64,000 nucleotides of DNA from Chara braunii (GCA_003427395.1 BFEA01000033.1:1603116-1667115), one strand, 5' to 3'. Shown: positions 22,098-35,600, numbered from the stretch's first letter. The notes: generated by a model from the letters alone, not told the origin. Numbers and translations are program-made.

Positions 22098-25055
22098 TCA
22101 TCTAGTTAACAATCGAACCCAGTGGCTCCATATATCTCCAAATTTCATGGAAAAGCTCATCAATGCATTGTCAAAGTAAACATATGTAAACCCCCGAAGC
22201 CTCGGTTCAATCTCTAATGAAAGTAGAAAAACGCCCACAGCCTCAGGCATACTCATAAACCTCTTCGCTCGGTGCAAAAAGGATGTAATGGCAGCCATCT
22301 TCAACTGCTTACTAGAGTAGGAACCCGCATCCTGCAAGTTTTGGAAAATGAGAAGCCTTCTTCTTACCGCTGCTTGGTTTTTGTTCACCGCAGCAGTTCT
22401 CACGCCCTGAGGTGCCCCAAAATTCTTGACAAGACAACCCAAGAAATCCCATGAATCAGATCGATTGGTATATTCCAACGTAAGATTACTATCGTAAGAG
22501 CCCTCGAAGGCACTCAAATCTTTCATGTCCTCCTCTCTTCAACCTTGTTCTCCTTAGTAAACTTAATAAAGATTGACACGTTGTCGATCAACCGTATCCC
22601 ATACACTAAGACCTTGTCCGCACCTAGCGACAACAAAAACATGAACTCAGCGTCAACACACAGCAGACAAGCAAAAGCTGGGCTAGATGGTTTACCCATC
22701 GGAATACCAATAACCTGACGCAAAACCTTCCCACCAATCATCGTGAATGTTTTATCCAAATCAAATTTAACAAAATCAATGAGATCAACAAATTCAATTG
22801 TGTCCCATCCCTCCTGTCTGCTATGCCTCATCAGTTTTGCACCTTTGCCCTGTCTCTTGGTCATAACCTTGACAACACCATCTCTCATTAAAAAGCCAAT
22901 TAGTCACTCAAGGGCCTGAATGATCGACAAGTAGGGAAAATTGCAAAACATCCCCTTCACGTCATAAGAAGCAGTCAGCAATTCCTCTTCCCTACTCACA
23001 TTAGCGTTGATTGCTGACACATAATGTGACAGAAGATCTGTACTCTTCATGTTAAAATGCGATCTCTTCGGTAGCTGCCACACCATCTCATTAACCACTG
23101 ACGAAACTTTCTTTGAACCACGCACATTACATTCAGAAAAGAACGGGCAAATGGGCCGCCATTTGTTAATGTCCTTATGCTTAGGGATAATATACGCTCG
23201 GCCCAGTTTCCCTTTTTTGTTCCATTTTGCAAACTCATTCAACCCTTGTTTCTTGTACTCCATTTCCAACCTGCAGAGCAATTGACCCTCATCCTCGACC
23301 ACAACCTCAAATCCCACATTATCAAAAAACAATTTGTCGAGACTTTTTTGATAGAAAGTCAGGCAACACACCAAAGTGTCACCTGGGTTATGGTCAATCG
23401 GGACGCAGACCATCACAGTTACTTTTTCTCTCCACTTAAGTATATCCTCCAGTCGGATATGCTCCCCCAACTTCTCGCAGTTGCGGTCAAGACTGAAACA
23501 ATTCGTCAAATTTATCGATCGGGGCGGCTACACATCTAATCATATATCAGAAAAACTTTTTTCGATCTCCTTTCTCAATTTTACCGTCATATTCCGAGTT
23601 GCAGGGACCACAATGTTGCGGTTATTCCTCAGCCATGGTGGAGTCAACTCATTTGTACCAAGGCGATAACAAAAATTATCATTAATCCTGGCCCCAAATC
23701 CTTCATGCTATGCACAAGTACATGTCAATTCCCCTTTCTGTGCAAACTTACGAAAATTAAAGAGAATATCCCCAATATTTTGATTCTTAACCTAGACAAC
23801 CCGCGCTCGTCTGATTAGCAGCTCCTTCCAATCCCTATTAAGCTTGGCACCCCTGATCATCCCTTTACATAATTATCGTATGCTAGGCTTACTCAAACGG
23901 TGATCGTGCGTGATTCGTACAATCAACCTCCACCTCATGTTGACCTGAAAACCCCTCCTTAAAGCTCCAGACAAAATCAACCGGAGAGAGCTACGAGTTT
24001 GCTTCTCAGAAAAGGCACGAATCGTCAAAAAGCACCGTACCAACAAACCAAGTCTCATGCATAAAGGTCCTTCCTAGTGCACGGTCTCGCCAAGAGTTGT
24101 GCTAATGCAGGTTTAAGATAACTCAACTTGAAACAAAACGACACGATACAGTCCAAGACGATAGACGCCGCCGCACATAGCATATCGCGACTCTCTTCAA
24201 AATCATTTTCTCCCCATTAATATTCATGACAGACGACCCAAATGTCCGTTTCAACAGTTTCCAATTATCAGTCAGTCGACTTCCCCCTTAACAGTGGACA
24301 CCAATCTTAGTAACCCCTCAGCTAACGCAATCCTCCAAAATTTTAATTACTGATATGAAGCAGTTACCGTCAGAATCGTAGAAGGATAAATGTGTCTATT
24401 GTAGTGTTGGTCAGACTTTTCCCTTCTTTCAACTTCCTCACACATCTTTCTCTCTTACCTCTCCTCCGACGCTTACCTTTCTGCCTCGTATCCCTAGTAT
24501 TAAGACGCGGATTAATTAGACGTATCAAATTCCTCTCAACCATTAGCAAGTCCCGTGGTAAACATCGACAAACAAGAATTATTACGAATTGTGCAATGCC
24601 AATCCTACGAAGCCATGCATACAACTGATGATTTCGTTTCCCATTTCCAATAACAACCCCGTCCAGACATCGGTACCGGTGTTCGTTCCACCGTACCGCC
24701 AAAGATCGTCCAGTCGAACCAACATACACATGTTTTGACCATGGCGAAACCAAAGCATAGACCCACGGCCCCTCACAGTAGTCCAATTCCGCATCATTCT
24801 CTCAAATTGCCTCTACGTACTTTCGCAACTTCAGGGCCTATGGAATGCAACCTAATAAAGTCATCCTCATAACAACACTAATAGAAAAGTCATTAAACTT
24901 TTTGTCACGAAGGAAGAAATCCACGCATTTACCAACCTTCATCCCACAATGACAATCTTCATTCTTACCTACCAGTGCACCCTTTGTTCTATCCTCACGA
25001 AGCTGTCAGCAATAAGACACCCACTTTCATAAGTAATCTCGTTCGGGAACCCGTT
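22098..25055 (-). pseudogene. PLE-3 pol (GIY-YIG + RT), disrupted
   Basis: Fragments 24786-24370, 24058-23873, 23509-22904, 22888-22523 and 22526-22098 are collinear with elements 1 and 2; 5' boundary approximate. Confidence 0.88.
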
Positions 25056-26427
25056 TTAGAGTTTCACGGATTGTCCATCTTCCGACACGGAAGCATCATC
25101 ATGCACCGGGGAATCTTCCGAAACCTCGTGCACTGATTCAACATTATCGCTCTCCTTGCTTCCATTACCAGCTTTACCCAGGGCCTTGTCAGCCCTGTAT
25201 TCAGCGATGTCTACTATCATCAAGTCAATCGTCTGAAGTTTCAAACCAGTCTCCCGGCACAGCATCACCAATCCAGATTTTTTGTAGTTCCTCAAGTCTT
25301 TCTTTTGTGCTTCAATAAAATGAAAACGTTCGTTAGCAGCTCCAGATGATTCCGCACACCCCCCCATATCTCATCGAGGAGTAGCTATCAAGCCTTTCCT
25401 AGTAGAGCAGTTAGCGACAGCCTCCAGCCTCGTTTTTAGATTCGTACCCCCTCTCTCACGTTGTGTGTCAGATTCCTCAGCAGGTACTTTGCTGAGCTGC
25501 TCCTTGAGCTTAATCACCTCTCCTTCGGCAACAACCTGCTTCCCTTTAAGCACTTCGGTCTCCCGACTTGCCGCACGATGCATCTCTTTCATCTTGACAT
25601 ACTCCTGTTTCCATTTGTCTACTTCTCTGATGATGGCTGCGAAGATCCACGTGGCAGTCCATCGGGAGTGCCGATTACGACGCTGCCACTCTTGTTTGCC
25701 TGGTCGCAAAGCTTCCCCCTTCCACGCCTCAACTTCCTCCCTATCTTTCATCCCCTGTATCTTCAACCTGCTAACTTCAGTACATAAGCCATCAAGCTTC
25801 GATTCAAAGTTACCTTTGGCCAAAGCAGAAGATCTCAACTGGTCGATCTCCTGTTTCATAGAGAATATGTCATCCTCTGCGACTTTCTTCACAATCACCT
25901 GCTGCTTAAGCTCCATGATTTCCTTATGAAGCGTAGCAACCTTACTACCCTCGTTAACCACATCCTCCTTTAATAGTAGTCTCCCCAAACGGTCATTCTC
26001 CTTACGTATCTTCTCCATTTCTTCCGATACAGTGACCTCATCTCCCGTCTTCTTCATTGCATCGTTCTTCTCCTCCATACGCTTATCCAATCGAGCACTC
26101 ATTTCTGCCTCAGGGCGCTCTCGTTCCTTCCTCCACTCGTCTTTTTTATCCTCTTCCTCTTTAATTCTCCTAGTCTTCTCTTCTTCTTCCTTCTATTTGG
26201 CTTCTCTCTCCTCATCAGCCAAAGTCTTTGCAAAGCAGCGATCCAATTTCTCTTGGTTAGTCCTCCAAAAATCCGGTCGTGCGTACGAAGAGAACCGATT
26301 CCGTATCCAGACGAATAACTCGAGGAGGCAAACCCAACGTTCGACGCTTGGCCAGAAGAACCAGAAGCAGGATAAGTAAGTAACAGAAGCGGGGTGGCAT
26401 TAGCACAGGTGGCATGACCTTTGCCAT
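25056..26427 (-). pseudogene. PLE-3 ORF1 (coiled coil, SAP-like C-terminus; knuckle decayed to RSCHLC*)
   Basis: Fragments 26102-25371 and 25367-25056 share EAWKGEALRPGK and TNLKTRLEAVA with element 2 (EVWKAKTLRPGN, SNLKARLDEAA). Start approximate. Confidence 0.8.
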
Positions 26428-26602
26428 AACCTCGGTGCGGTCACTCACGCTAAAAATGGTTAGGAAATCCACAACTATAGCAAGATCTAGGAGGAAATTG
26501 TCCTGCCATGACAGCCGCACAATAGAGTAGGTCAGTCACTCCAAAGTCAACGGGCCACACTCTTGTAGTGCAATCTCTACAGAGGTTACCTACGTAGAAT
26601 AA

Positions 26603-27207
26603 ATGGTGATGAGAACATCAATCCAAATAAGGTCGATGGATCAACATATATCAAAGAGCATTCATAGCAGACACAATAAGGAAAAAAACCACAGAAGGAG
26701 GAGAAAGAGAAAGAGAAGGTGGAAGTGATGCGATGGCGTCAAATGATATTCGAAAAGCACAGCCGAATTAACTCGAACCATAAATAGGCATCATGCCCGT
26801 AGTCGTCAAGATCCTGTCCAAGTATCTGGCGGTCGACCCGACATGTTTCATCCGGCCGCCAGAGCCGGAATCGTCAGGGGTCTATTGTCACGGCGGAGAT
26901 GAAAAGTAATTGTGCATACTCAATATATAGGAACTGCCTAACACTACAACTACTTTAGACTGTTCGTATGGTCCAACTAAAGAGTCCAAATCATCTACCG
27001 CCAGAACAAAAAAACCAGACCCAACGGGGTCCAACATCAGACCGGGTCACTTCAACGAGTCACCTCAGGGGCACAGAAACCCCACCTAAACACAAAGATA
27101 GTGGTTCATCCGGCACGGCTGCAGACCCAAAACTCAGGGTCCTTCAACAGAAAAGGCCCAAACGTCAATGGGTCAAAAATCATATTGAACAGGTGCCCCC
27201 AGACAGG
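26603..27207 (-). repeat. PLE-3 upstream pseudo-LTR
   Basis: Direct repeat of 21414-22047. Confidence 0.92.
26835..26882 (-). ncRNA. Minimal hammerhead ribozyme (PLE-3 upstream pLTR, GUC cleavage triplet)
   Basis: Minus strand: gaccc-CTGACGA-ttccggctctggcggccggat-GAAAC-atGTC-gggtc. Confidence 0.9.
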
Positions 27208-27416
27208 GCGAAAATGAAAAATGTGTCGACTCGTCGAGGAGATTGTTTAGCAGTTTTTGTAATTTTTTGAAAATTTACTGATATGTTTTTTTTTAAATAC
27301 CACCATCTAATCTATGAACTCTTAAATTTGCTGATTTTCCTACGAATTTTGTCGAGCACAAAAAATTGTCAACACTGCCTCTTTCTAATTGTGGGACTAA
27401 ACTCTCCACCTTTAAC

Positions 27417-27536
<120 letters not shown>

Positions 27537-28029
27537 TTATTTGTGCATATATATAATGATAGTCTGCTCGTCACAAGTACCTTGACGGCAGTGCTTCATG
27601 CCCGCCTTAGGGTATCAATTGTCAGACAATCGTTGATGCTTAACTAGAGTCGGGGTTAAGGTGGATTATCACTTACATTGTAATCGGTTGGGGGATTCTG
27701 CAGACCGTTGAGGGTTCTATCTCCTAATGAGTCGGTGAAACTCTGAAAAAACAGTTTGTCATAGACCCTTGTTTGTTGTCTTATTCTCCCTCTCCGCCTA
27801 CGGTTTACCGGGCAACTTTGTTTGACGATATATATATTGTGGGCGCGCTTAGTTCCTTTACTTTGGCTACCCTAGATTTTGTTGTGATATTTTCATGAAA
27901 AATATTAAATTTGAAACTTTAATGCTGCAGTATAGTAGGTTTCGACGTTCGTGTCAAGGTGACACATATTCAGTGGTGTAGTACTGACATTGAGGTGGGT
28001 TCTAAGGGAGAAAAGGTTAACAACAGTCG

Positions 28030-28465
28030 TATTTTTCATCACCACTTCAGGACGTCGTTCACCACTTCAGGATGCAGCCTGCCTAAACAGGTGGTTTTCA
28101 GGGTCTTCGGAGCTTTCACCATTTCAAGACCATTCAGGTCTGAAAGTCCTGAATGGTCCTGAAGTGGTGAAAGCTTCGAAGACCCTGAAAACCACATGTT
28201 TAGGCAGGCTGCGTGAAGAGTGGTTTTCATGGTCTTCAAAGTTTTCACCACTCCAGGACCATTCATGATTTTCAGACTACCCAAAACTCTCACTTGACCA
28301 CTTCAGGACACCCTTCACCACTTTAGGATGCAGTCTACCTAAACAGGTGGTTTTCAGGTCTTCGGACCTTTTACCACTTCAGGACCATTCAAGATTTTGA
28401 GACTGCCAAAAACTCTCACTTCAGAATTTTCATTCCTGAATTTTCGGCTACCCGTTAAACCGCTT
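28030..28465. repeat. Foldback-type repeat with a ~65-bp-arm palindrome (28074-28212) plus direct copies
   Basis: gcagcctgcctaaacaggtggttttcagggtcttcg... is inverted after ~28148; shares ACCACTTCAG / CTGAAGTGGTGAAA modules with 7220-8400. Confidence 0.8.
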
Positions 28466-29929
28466 GTGTTCTAAAGGGGTGAAAGTTCTTGGGGAACCAG
28501 TCTACCACGTTTTTACGGACTACCGACAACTATCACGCGTAGAACCATTGCGGTAACAAAGTTGCAGGACCGGTCCTCTCTTGCATGTGAACTGCAAAAT
28601 GGCCTAAGGAAAAACCCGTTTGCCAATGCTATGAGGCCCAGACATTATGGCAAAGTCTTGTGCGAACACGCGTGAACGTTACTTTCCACTAGGCCCTTGC
28701 ATAAAAGGGTTACCAACGGGTCCAACCCCGCAATTTGCAAGAGGTAACTTATATGATTTTTTTTGCTCAAAACAATTTGCATAAAAATATGAATCTTTGA
28801 AAATGCGTAGATTAGGTAGTGATTTTTTTTGAAAAAATATCAAATAACTTTTAAAAATATTGTTAAATCACGGGTTCAATGATCCCTACTATTCATCAAA
28901 ACGCAGTGCACTGTAACTATGGCAATATTAATAGTGATCTGACACGGTGTACGTTCGAAGGAAAAAGGTTGATGGGCCATAAAAAAAAAAATCAAAAGCG
29001 AAATAACAAAAAAAAATATAAAAACAAATTAGGCTTGAATGCATTATGTACTAAAACGCCCTACCTTGCTGGCAGGACTGTAATCTTAAAAAAACAATAA
29101 TAGTAATAAAAAATGGACATAATATTCATCTGATACATTCAAGAAAGTAGTAATGTGAGTATGCCATAAGTGAGGGCATTCATCAAAATGTTAATAGGAG
29201 GAAAGAAGCAAAAGGAAAAAATAGAAAAAAACATAGAATATAGGGACGTAATAGCGGTCAAGTACATTTTGGAAAGTAGTAGTGTCAGTATGCCCTAAGT
29301 GAGAGTCTTTCTTAAAAACTTGGAAAACGTCTATCCAACTGGCATGACACTAAAGGAGAGAAGAAAACATAAAATAAAAACAATGATTTGGTCGTGATAG
29401 TGAACATATACGTTATCGACAACACTATTATTAGCATTCCCTAGGTCAGATGGTTTCCCCCACATCTTATTTTTTATTTTTTCTGTTAATTTTATGAAAC
29501 GACAACGACATTTGTTCATCATTGATCTGCATCTTTTTTTTTTTTTTTTTTTGTGCTTTGTGTCATCTGCTGGCACGAGGTACAATACTCGAATTTCAAG
29601 ATAGGCTGGTACCGATACCCCAATATTTTGTTTTTTAACTTTTCGTTGTTGTCGTAGGACTCAAAAATCTGCAATTTTTAGTCCGTTAATTTAGGTTTGT
29701 GTGAACTGGTGGTTTAAGACCGCGAAAGAGTCACCTCGCCAATTCAACACATTTCGCATTTTTGCCACTCAACTGTGTGTGGGCCAAGGAAAAAATACTA
29801 TAACTTCATATTTTTTTGTGCTCATAAAAATGTGTGAAAAATCTTAAAATTTAGGTGTTTGTAGATTTTTTTCTAATTTTTTCAGAAAAAATATATATTT
29901 TAAAAAATAATAATAATATTTTTAATCTG

Positions 29930-30187
29930 TGTAGCACACCGAACATGTTCGAAACTTTCCCCAACGTCTGAACATGTTCAGGTGTTTTGTCGAATGCCTC
30001 CCGAACATGTTCAGCCGAACATATTAAAAAAAAAAAAAAAAAAAAAGGTTTTGATTTTTAACTCGAGTTTGGTTACAAATTGTTTTTTTTATATATAAAT
30101 ATTTTTATGTCTGCGTTCGGAGAGTTTTGGCGCTCGTTCGCGTTCGGTCGCGAACGTTCGGGTTCGGTGACCGAACACGATGCTACA
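29930..30187 (-). mobile_element. MITE-like element, inverted copy of 14231-14541
   Basis: gtagcacaccgaacatgttcg is the reverse complement of 14521-14541; ends in ...gatgctaca. Confidence 0.75.
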
Positions 30188-30920
30188 TATATTTTAACTA
30201 CGAAATAGATCATGGCTGCAATTTGATTCATATTCCAATTTTATTATTCAACCTCTCTTTTTCTCTCTCTTTGTGGTAGCCCCTCCCCTTTCCCTCTCTC
30301 TCTCTCCCCCCTCTCCCTCTCCCTCCCCTTCTTCCTCCTCTCTCTATTTTTTTTTTTTTTTTCCTCTCTCTCTCTCTCTCATGTGCGCGCTTAGTCTCAT
30401 TGCTTTGGCTACCTTAGGGGTGTGTTCCCGACGCCCACGCGGTAGTTTGTTTGTGAAAAAAAAGAAACGTTCACTCTCTTCGCCCCCCCTCTTCAAAATT
30501 CACAACCCTAAGTCTGCGGTATAGTTCGCAACCCTTCAGCCATCTATTCGCAGCCTTAAGGGTTGTGGTATGGCGGGGTCGGGTGTCCTTGTCAAGGTAG
30601 TCAAATTTTCACCGTGGACTATCACTGCAAAAAATGGCATATAGGGGTCCAAATTCTGGTACGACCGGTCATTTGAGCGCTGGCAAAGGACGTACAACCT
30701 TATGGAGGTCCTACCGGTAGGTAACCATTTAAAAGGATCGGTCTCATACATAAGTCCTATGTGTAGTGGCACTCAGAGGGACAGGCCGTGGTGGGGTCCC
30801 TATGGTGAAATTGGGCGGAATCCAAAACTTTGAAACGGTGTTTGCAAGACACAACTTTCGTGATTTTTTTGCTCATGAGAACTCGCAGAAAAATCTAAAT
30901 AAATATAAAATTCATGTATA

Positions 30921-30956
<36 letters not shown>

Positions 30957-31057
30957 CAGCATAACCGGCATTCGTGACGGGCCGAACCCCCGAACGTACG
31001 GGACCCCNNNNNNNNNNNNNNNNNNNNNNNNNNNNNNNNNNNNNNNNNNNNNNNNNN

Positions 31058-31091
<34 letters not shown>

Positions 31092-31701
31092 GCTATGAAA
31101 ATAATATATGTTATGTAGATCAATAAAAAAAACAACATTTGCATAAACAGTATATCCGAATTTCTTATCAAATTTAAAAAATTTATAAAATACAGAAAAT
31201 AAAACTTATAATAAAAATAAGAAAAAATGAAACGAGAATTAAAATTAGTGAATGAGCGAGCACGTTTTTGACACTGTCATCTTTCGCGATTTTTCATTTT
31301 TGTTTGTCACAACCAAATGCCTGGAAATTTACAGTTCTGTACTTCACATAATACAAAAATCATTAAAAAAAAAATAAAAAGTAATATTTTATTTTAAGCC
31401 CTGCAATAAAGTTAAAACAAAAAGTCGAAAGTGAAAAAACACAAAATGGTGAGTGGGCGAGCACGTTTTGACGCCGCCATCTTTGGCGATTTTGAGTTTT
31501 TAGTTGGCTCAGCAAAATGAGTTTAAAATTTATGGGAATTTACCTCAGATCATAGAGAGTTTAAAAAAAAATTAAAAATTGTATTTTTAGGCCATGAAAT
31601 AATTTTTGGTGGGGGCCGAACACTGTCGGGTTTGGACCCCGAACGCCAGTACGTACGGAAGTCGACCCGGGGAACTCTGTATGTACGGGCTCGTAACCCT
31701 G
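30957..31701. mobile_element. Putative non-autonomous hAT-like element
   Basis: CAG...CTG termini, flanks tatatata / tatttata (8-bp TSD, one mismatch), GC-rich subterminal CCGAAC motifs, internal repeat at ~31248 and ~31449; N gap 31008-31057. TIR match is weak. Confidence 0.45.
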
Positions 31702-32998
31702 TATTTATATATATTTTTGTCTCTCTCTCTCTCACACACACAAATCAATCTTATATCGTTACTAATTAAATAAAAAAAAACAATCCAGTCAGAAAGAGGA
31801 ATTGCCCTGAGAGGGCACGATTGGCTGCAGCAAGTGGGGTAGGAGCACTTCTTCTTCTTGGGCGCCTTTGCCCCAAATCAACGCACTTTCTCACGTGTGG
31901 AACTTAGCCCAACACATGGGCAGGGGTGGAGGGAGTACGAGAGCGAGGGGAAACGGTGGGGGCAATGGAATGGGTACTGAGGAAGGAGGAGATTAACGAT
32001 ATCTGCGAGAACGGAAAAGATGATGTAAATGCACTAGGAGGAGGAGCAGGTGGAGATGGAGTGGTAGGAGAGAGTCATCAGGGATAGGCTGGTTCAATAT
32101 CTAGAAGAGGAGGTGGGTTCCTCCATGGGGCCCAGAGTGAAGTATAATTGTCAGGTCATTCATATTGTGGGTTATTGTTTCTCATGGCAGCGAAACTCTC
32201 TCTCTCTGTCTCCCCTCCCCCCAAAAACAAAACCTTTAGGTCTGCGTTCCCCACGCCCCTACGGTAGTCGATAAATTTTTTAAAAATCATTTTGACCATG
32301 AAATAGATCGCAGCCTCAATTGAGCCATTTCCATTTTTGTCATTCAGTGCCTCGTTAGACCCTCCATGGAAAATTCTCAGGAGTTAGGATGAGGTCTTTG
32401 GATTTTTTTTTCGTTTTCGGCGTCGTCATTACACCGCGTCCTAATTCAATGGGTCCCGAGGAAAACCCTTGGAGTTCTCCTGCGGCCAATTTCGTGTGCA
32501 TACACGCCGCCGCGGGGCTGGATGTCGGTCGTCGCTGTGGGATGTCCGTGTGTCCTCAGGCGTGGTCCGGTGGCGGCGGTAGGGAGGCCTTCCAACGTGG
32601 GGAAAAAAAAGGGTGCGAACATCCCAATTTGAATTTTGAATTTTGAACCCTTCGCTGAAACACATTCATGCCCAGGATGTCCATACAGGTGCAACGCACA
32701 CCGGATCGAAACGTCTTGCGAGGAGTGGAGGCAACCATCACTTAATATACAGGCATTGGAACGTGGGCCGACGCCGTGCGGACAGGGACGGTCTTAGAGT
32801 GCGACAACGGTCAAGAGTTACACATTCCTATACGGGTCGTCGACGACAATTGTGAGGGCCGCCATAGCGGAGCGTGCACATCAGGCCTCTGTGAGACGTG
32901 GGTAGTGCTGCAGCCATTCCCGTCCACGTGGAGACATCAGAGCGAAGGTGCCGGCGACCAAAACAGTGGTGGCCAGTTCCACATTGCGAGTCGTGAAG

Positions 32999-34330
32999 AT
33001 GGAAGGAGAATTGCGGGGCGGTGCGAATACGTTGATGGCTTTGGAGATAAATACGGTGGTTGCAGTTGTGTCGGCAGTCGCCATGCGATATCGCATATAG
33101 AGAATGATAACTCGCCTGAAGATGAGGCTGTCTATTCGCAGGCAACGTCAACTCATGCAACAAGTGATGGAGGCGCCTGATTGTGTGTCATTATCAGAAT
33201 CCGTTGTGCAATTTTGTTGCGCCATGGCGTCAGGTGTGATCCCGCGGGCGACTCAAGGTGGTGGAGAGGAGAAGGACGGGGGGGGCATGGGAGGATCTGT
33301 GGAACATGGACAACGAGGCGGACGGGTACTATAGGGATAAGTTGAGGATGTCCCCTAACGTGTTTCGGGAGATCGCGGAGGCGTTGTCCCCTCATCTGTA
33401 GCGGAGGGTGACATTCTACAAGTTGCCTTTGATGATCGATCACATCACCGTGTACATGCTTTATCGTTGGGCGAGCGGGGAGACGTACGAGAGCAACACA
33501 TCGTCATTTGGCATAGGACGTGCATCAGGCTTGATTGCGGTGGAGGACGTGACTTGGGCGCTTTTGAGGGTGTACAGGGAGAAGATTGTTTGACATTCCG
33601 AGTTGCGGCGGGTGATCGTTCTATGCGCCTTCGCGGCCAAGGGTTTCCCCAACTGCTATGGCTGCATAGACTGCACGCACGTATATGTTGACAAACCGGT
33701 AAACGCACCATCCGAGAACTACTTTGACCGGAAGCATCATTTTTCGGTTGTTGCGCAGGTGGTGGTGGACTTAGACTTGCGTGTGACAGACGTGTTCGTC
33801 GGTCTTCCCGGGAGTTGCCACGACATTCGGGTGCTTCAACTTTCGAGTCTATGGGCGCATGCGGAGGAGGGGGATTTTTACGTGGACCTGCCGTGGTGCT
33901 GCCGTTCGGGGTGAAGACACACCGGTACATCCTCGGGGATAACGACTGTCGTCCTATGGAGTCGATCGTCGTGCCTTACGGAGGGACCGATCAATTTACC
34001 GACGAGGAGAGGTTCGATAACAAGAAGAAGGTCGCCAGAGGAGCAGTGGAGAAAGCTTTCGGAAGATTGAAGGGGATGTGGAGGTTTTTCCTCCGCACAC
34101 ACAAAACGAATATGGACACTCTCCCACAACAGTTCCAAGCAGTGTGCATTCTGCACAACATCCTCCTCGATGCTGACATAGACTTCAAGGAGAACTTAAT
34201 GTGGGAGGTGGACGCGAATGGCGTGCGCCAGCCAGTGGACTTAGGCTTGGATCACCCACCCACCCTATTGCGGAGAACTTCAACCGTCCCCGTGCGCGGG
34301 CCCTGCAAGAAGCGCATGAAGCACGAGTGA
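32999..34330 (+). pseudogene. Harbinger DDE transposase (HARBI1-like), disrupted
   Basis: KLRMSPNVF, GFPNCYGCIDCTH, YFDRKHHFSVVAQVVVD, PGSCHD, YILGD, VEKAFGRLKGMWR, CILHN motifs; several stops and frameshifts. Confidence 0.92.
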
Positions 34331-34908
34331 ACGCACGAAGTCTCCTCACTGTAGTAGCTTAGGCGTCAATCTCTTACGGAGGGCGAACGTGGTGATCTCC
34401 GGGATTCAAGGGTTGTTGCAGTGCTCCGGCGACAGTGTCCTGTAGTACGATTGTTGGCCGACTCTCTGCATTTGTTTTATGTTTTTTTTTAATGTAATCT
34501 TTTTTTTAATCTTTTTTTTGTGTGAGTTTTCTTTTGTTCTCGAACATTGGAAGAGCGAGGGAGCGGTGCTCCATCACGGTCTTTGTGTAGACGGCGGTAT
34601 TGCCTTTCTTATGTGATTTATACATATTTGTTTCCTTGCATGTCCTTCTCTCGCACCTTCAATGACTTTTCTACGTGTGGACAAGTTACGGTTCGAAGTT
34701 GTGTCCTGGGAGATCTTGTGTTCAATGTCATTTGCATGCGTTGGTTTATTTTCCAAGCATACACGCATTGAATGCTTAAATTGAGAACAATTTTGTTCAT
34801 TGTTGTCTGCAATGCGCATTTCATTTCTATGTCTGTTGCAATTCCTCAGCGCAGCAAACCTTGTGATCCACATACGTATTGATGACCAAACGATAACTAC
34901 TTTCCTTC

Positions 34909-35135
34909 AACCAAACAATCAATCAATCAATCAATCAATCAATTAATCGATCAATCAATCAACCAATCAATTGATCATTCAAACATTCGATCATCGAACC
35001 AATTGATAAACCATCCACACGATTAATCCATCAGTCATTCAATCGTTTGATCATTCAATCAATCGATCAATCAGTCTACTAGTGTCAATCAGTGAATCGA
35101 ACAATCGAACAATAGCTCAATCAATCCATCAATCC

Positions 35136-35203
<68 letters not shown>

Positions 35204-35207
35204 ATCG

Positions 35208-35244
<37 letters not shown>

Positions 35245-35362
35245 CCAATCAATCAACCAATCAATCAACCAATCAATCAATCGATCGACCAATCAATCAA
35301 TCAATCAATCGCTCAATCAATCCAGCAAAAAATCAATCAAACAATCAATGAATCAATCAATG

Positions 35363-35407
<45 letters not shown>

Positions 35408-35438
35408 ATCGATCGACCAATCAATCAATCAAGCAATT

Positions 35439-35477
<39 letters not shown>

Positions 35478-35600
35478 CAATCGATTGATCGACTAATCAA
35501 TTAATCGATCAATCAATCAATTAATCAGTTGATCCATCGACAAACAAATCAACCAATCAATAGAGCAATCGATCAACCAAATAGTCGATGAGACATCAAT
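34909..35600. repeat. (TCAA)n microsatellite inside the Harbinger element
   Basis: Directly visible, ~700 bp, degenerate edges. Confidence 0.95.

Larger units (their letters stand above)
21414..27207 (-). mobile_element. Penelope-like retroelement 3 with direct pseudo-LTRs
   Basis: Repeats at 21414-22047 and 26603-27207; GIY-YIG WVYALVSPWSKHVYVGSTGRSLAVRWNEH; RT AYIIPKHKD..WRPICP, SYDVKGMF, QVIGIPMG, RLIDN. Confidence 0.92.

Noticed and set aside
9310-27207. Group II intron, homing-endonuclease or retron interpretation of RT + GIY-YIG
   Set aside because: No YADD motif or domain V seen; pLTRs, hammerheads, TSDs and PKxHK-type/GIPMG motifs fit Penelope-like elements.
35082-35351. SINQ-repeat protein; likewise ER/SL-repeat ORFs at 39.4-40.1 kb
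   Set aside because: Microsatellite translations.
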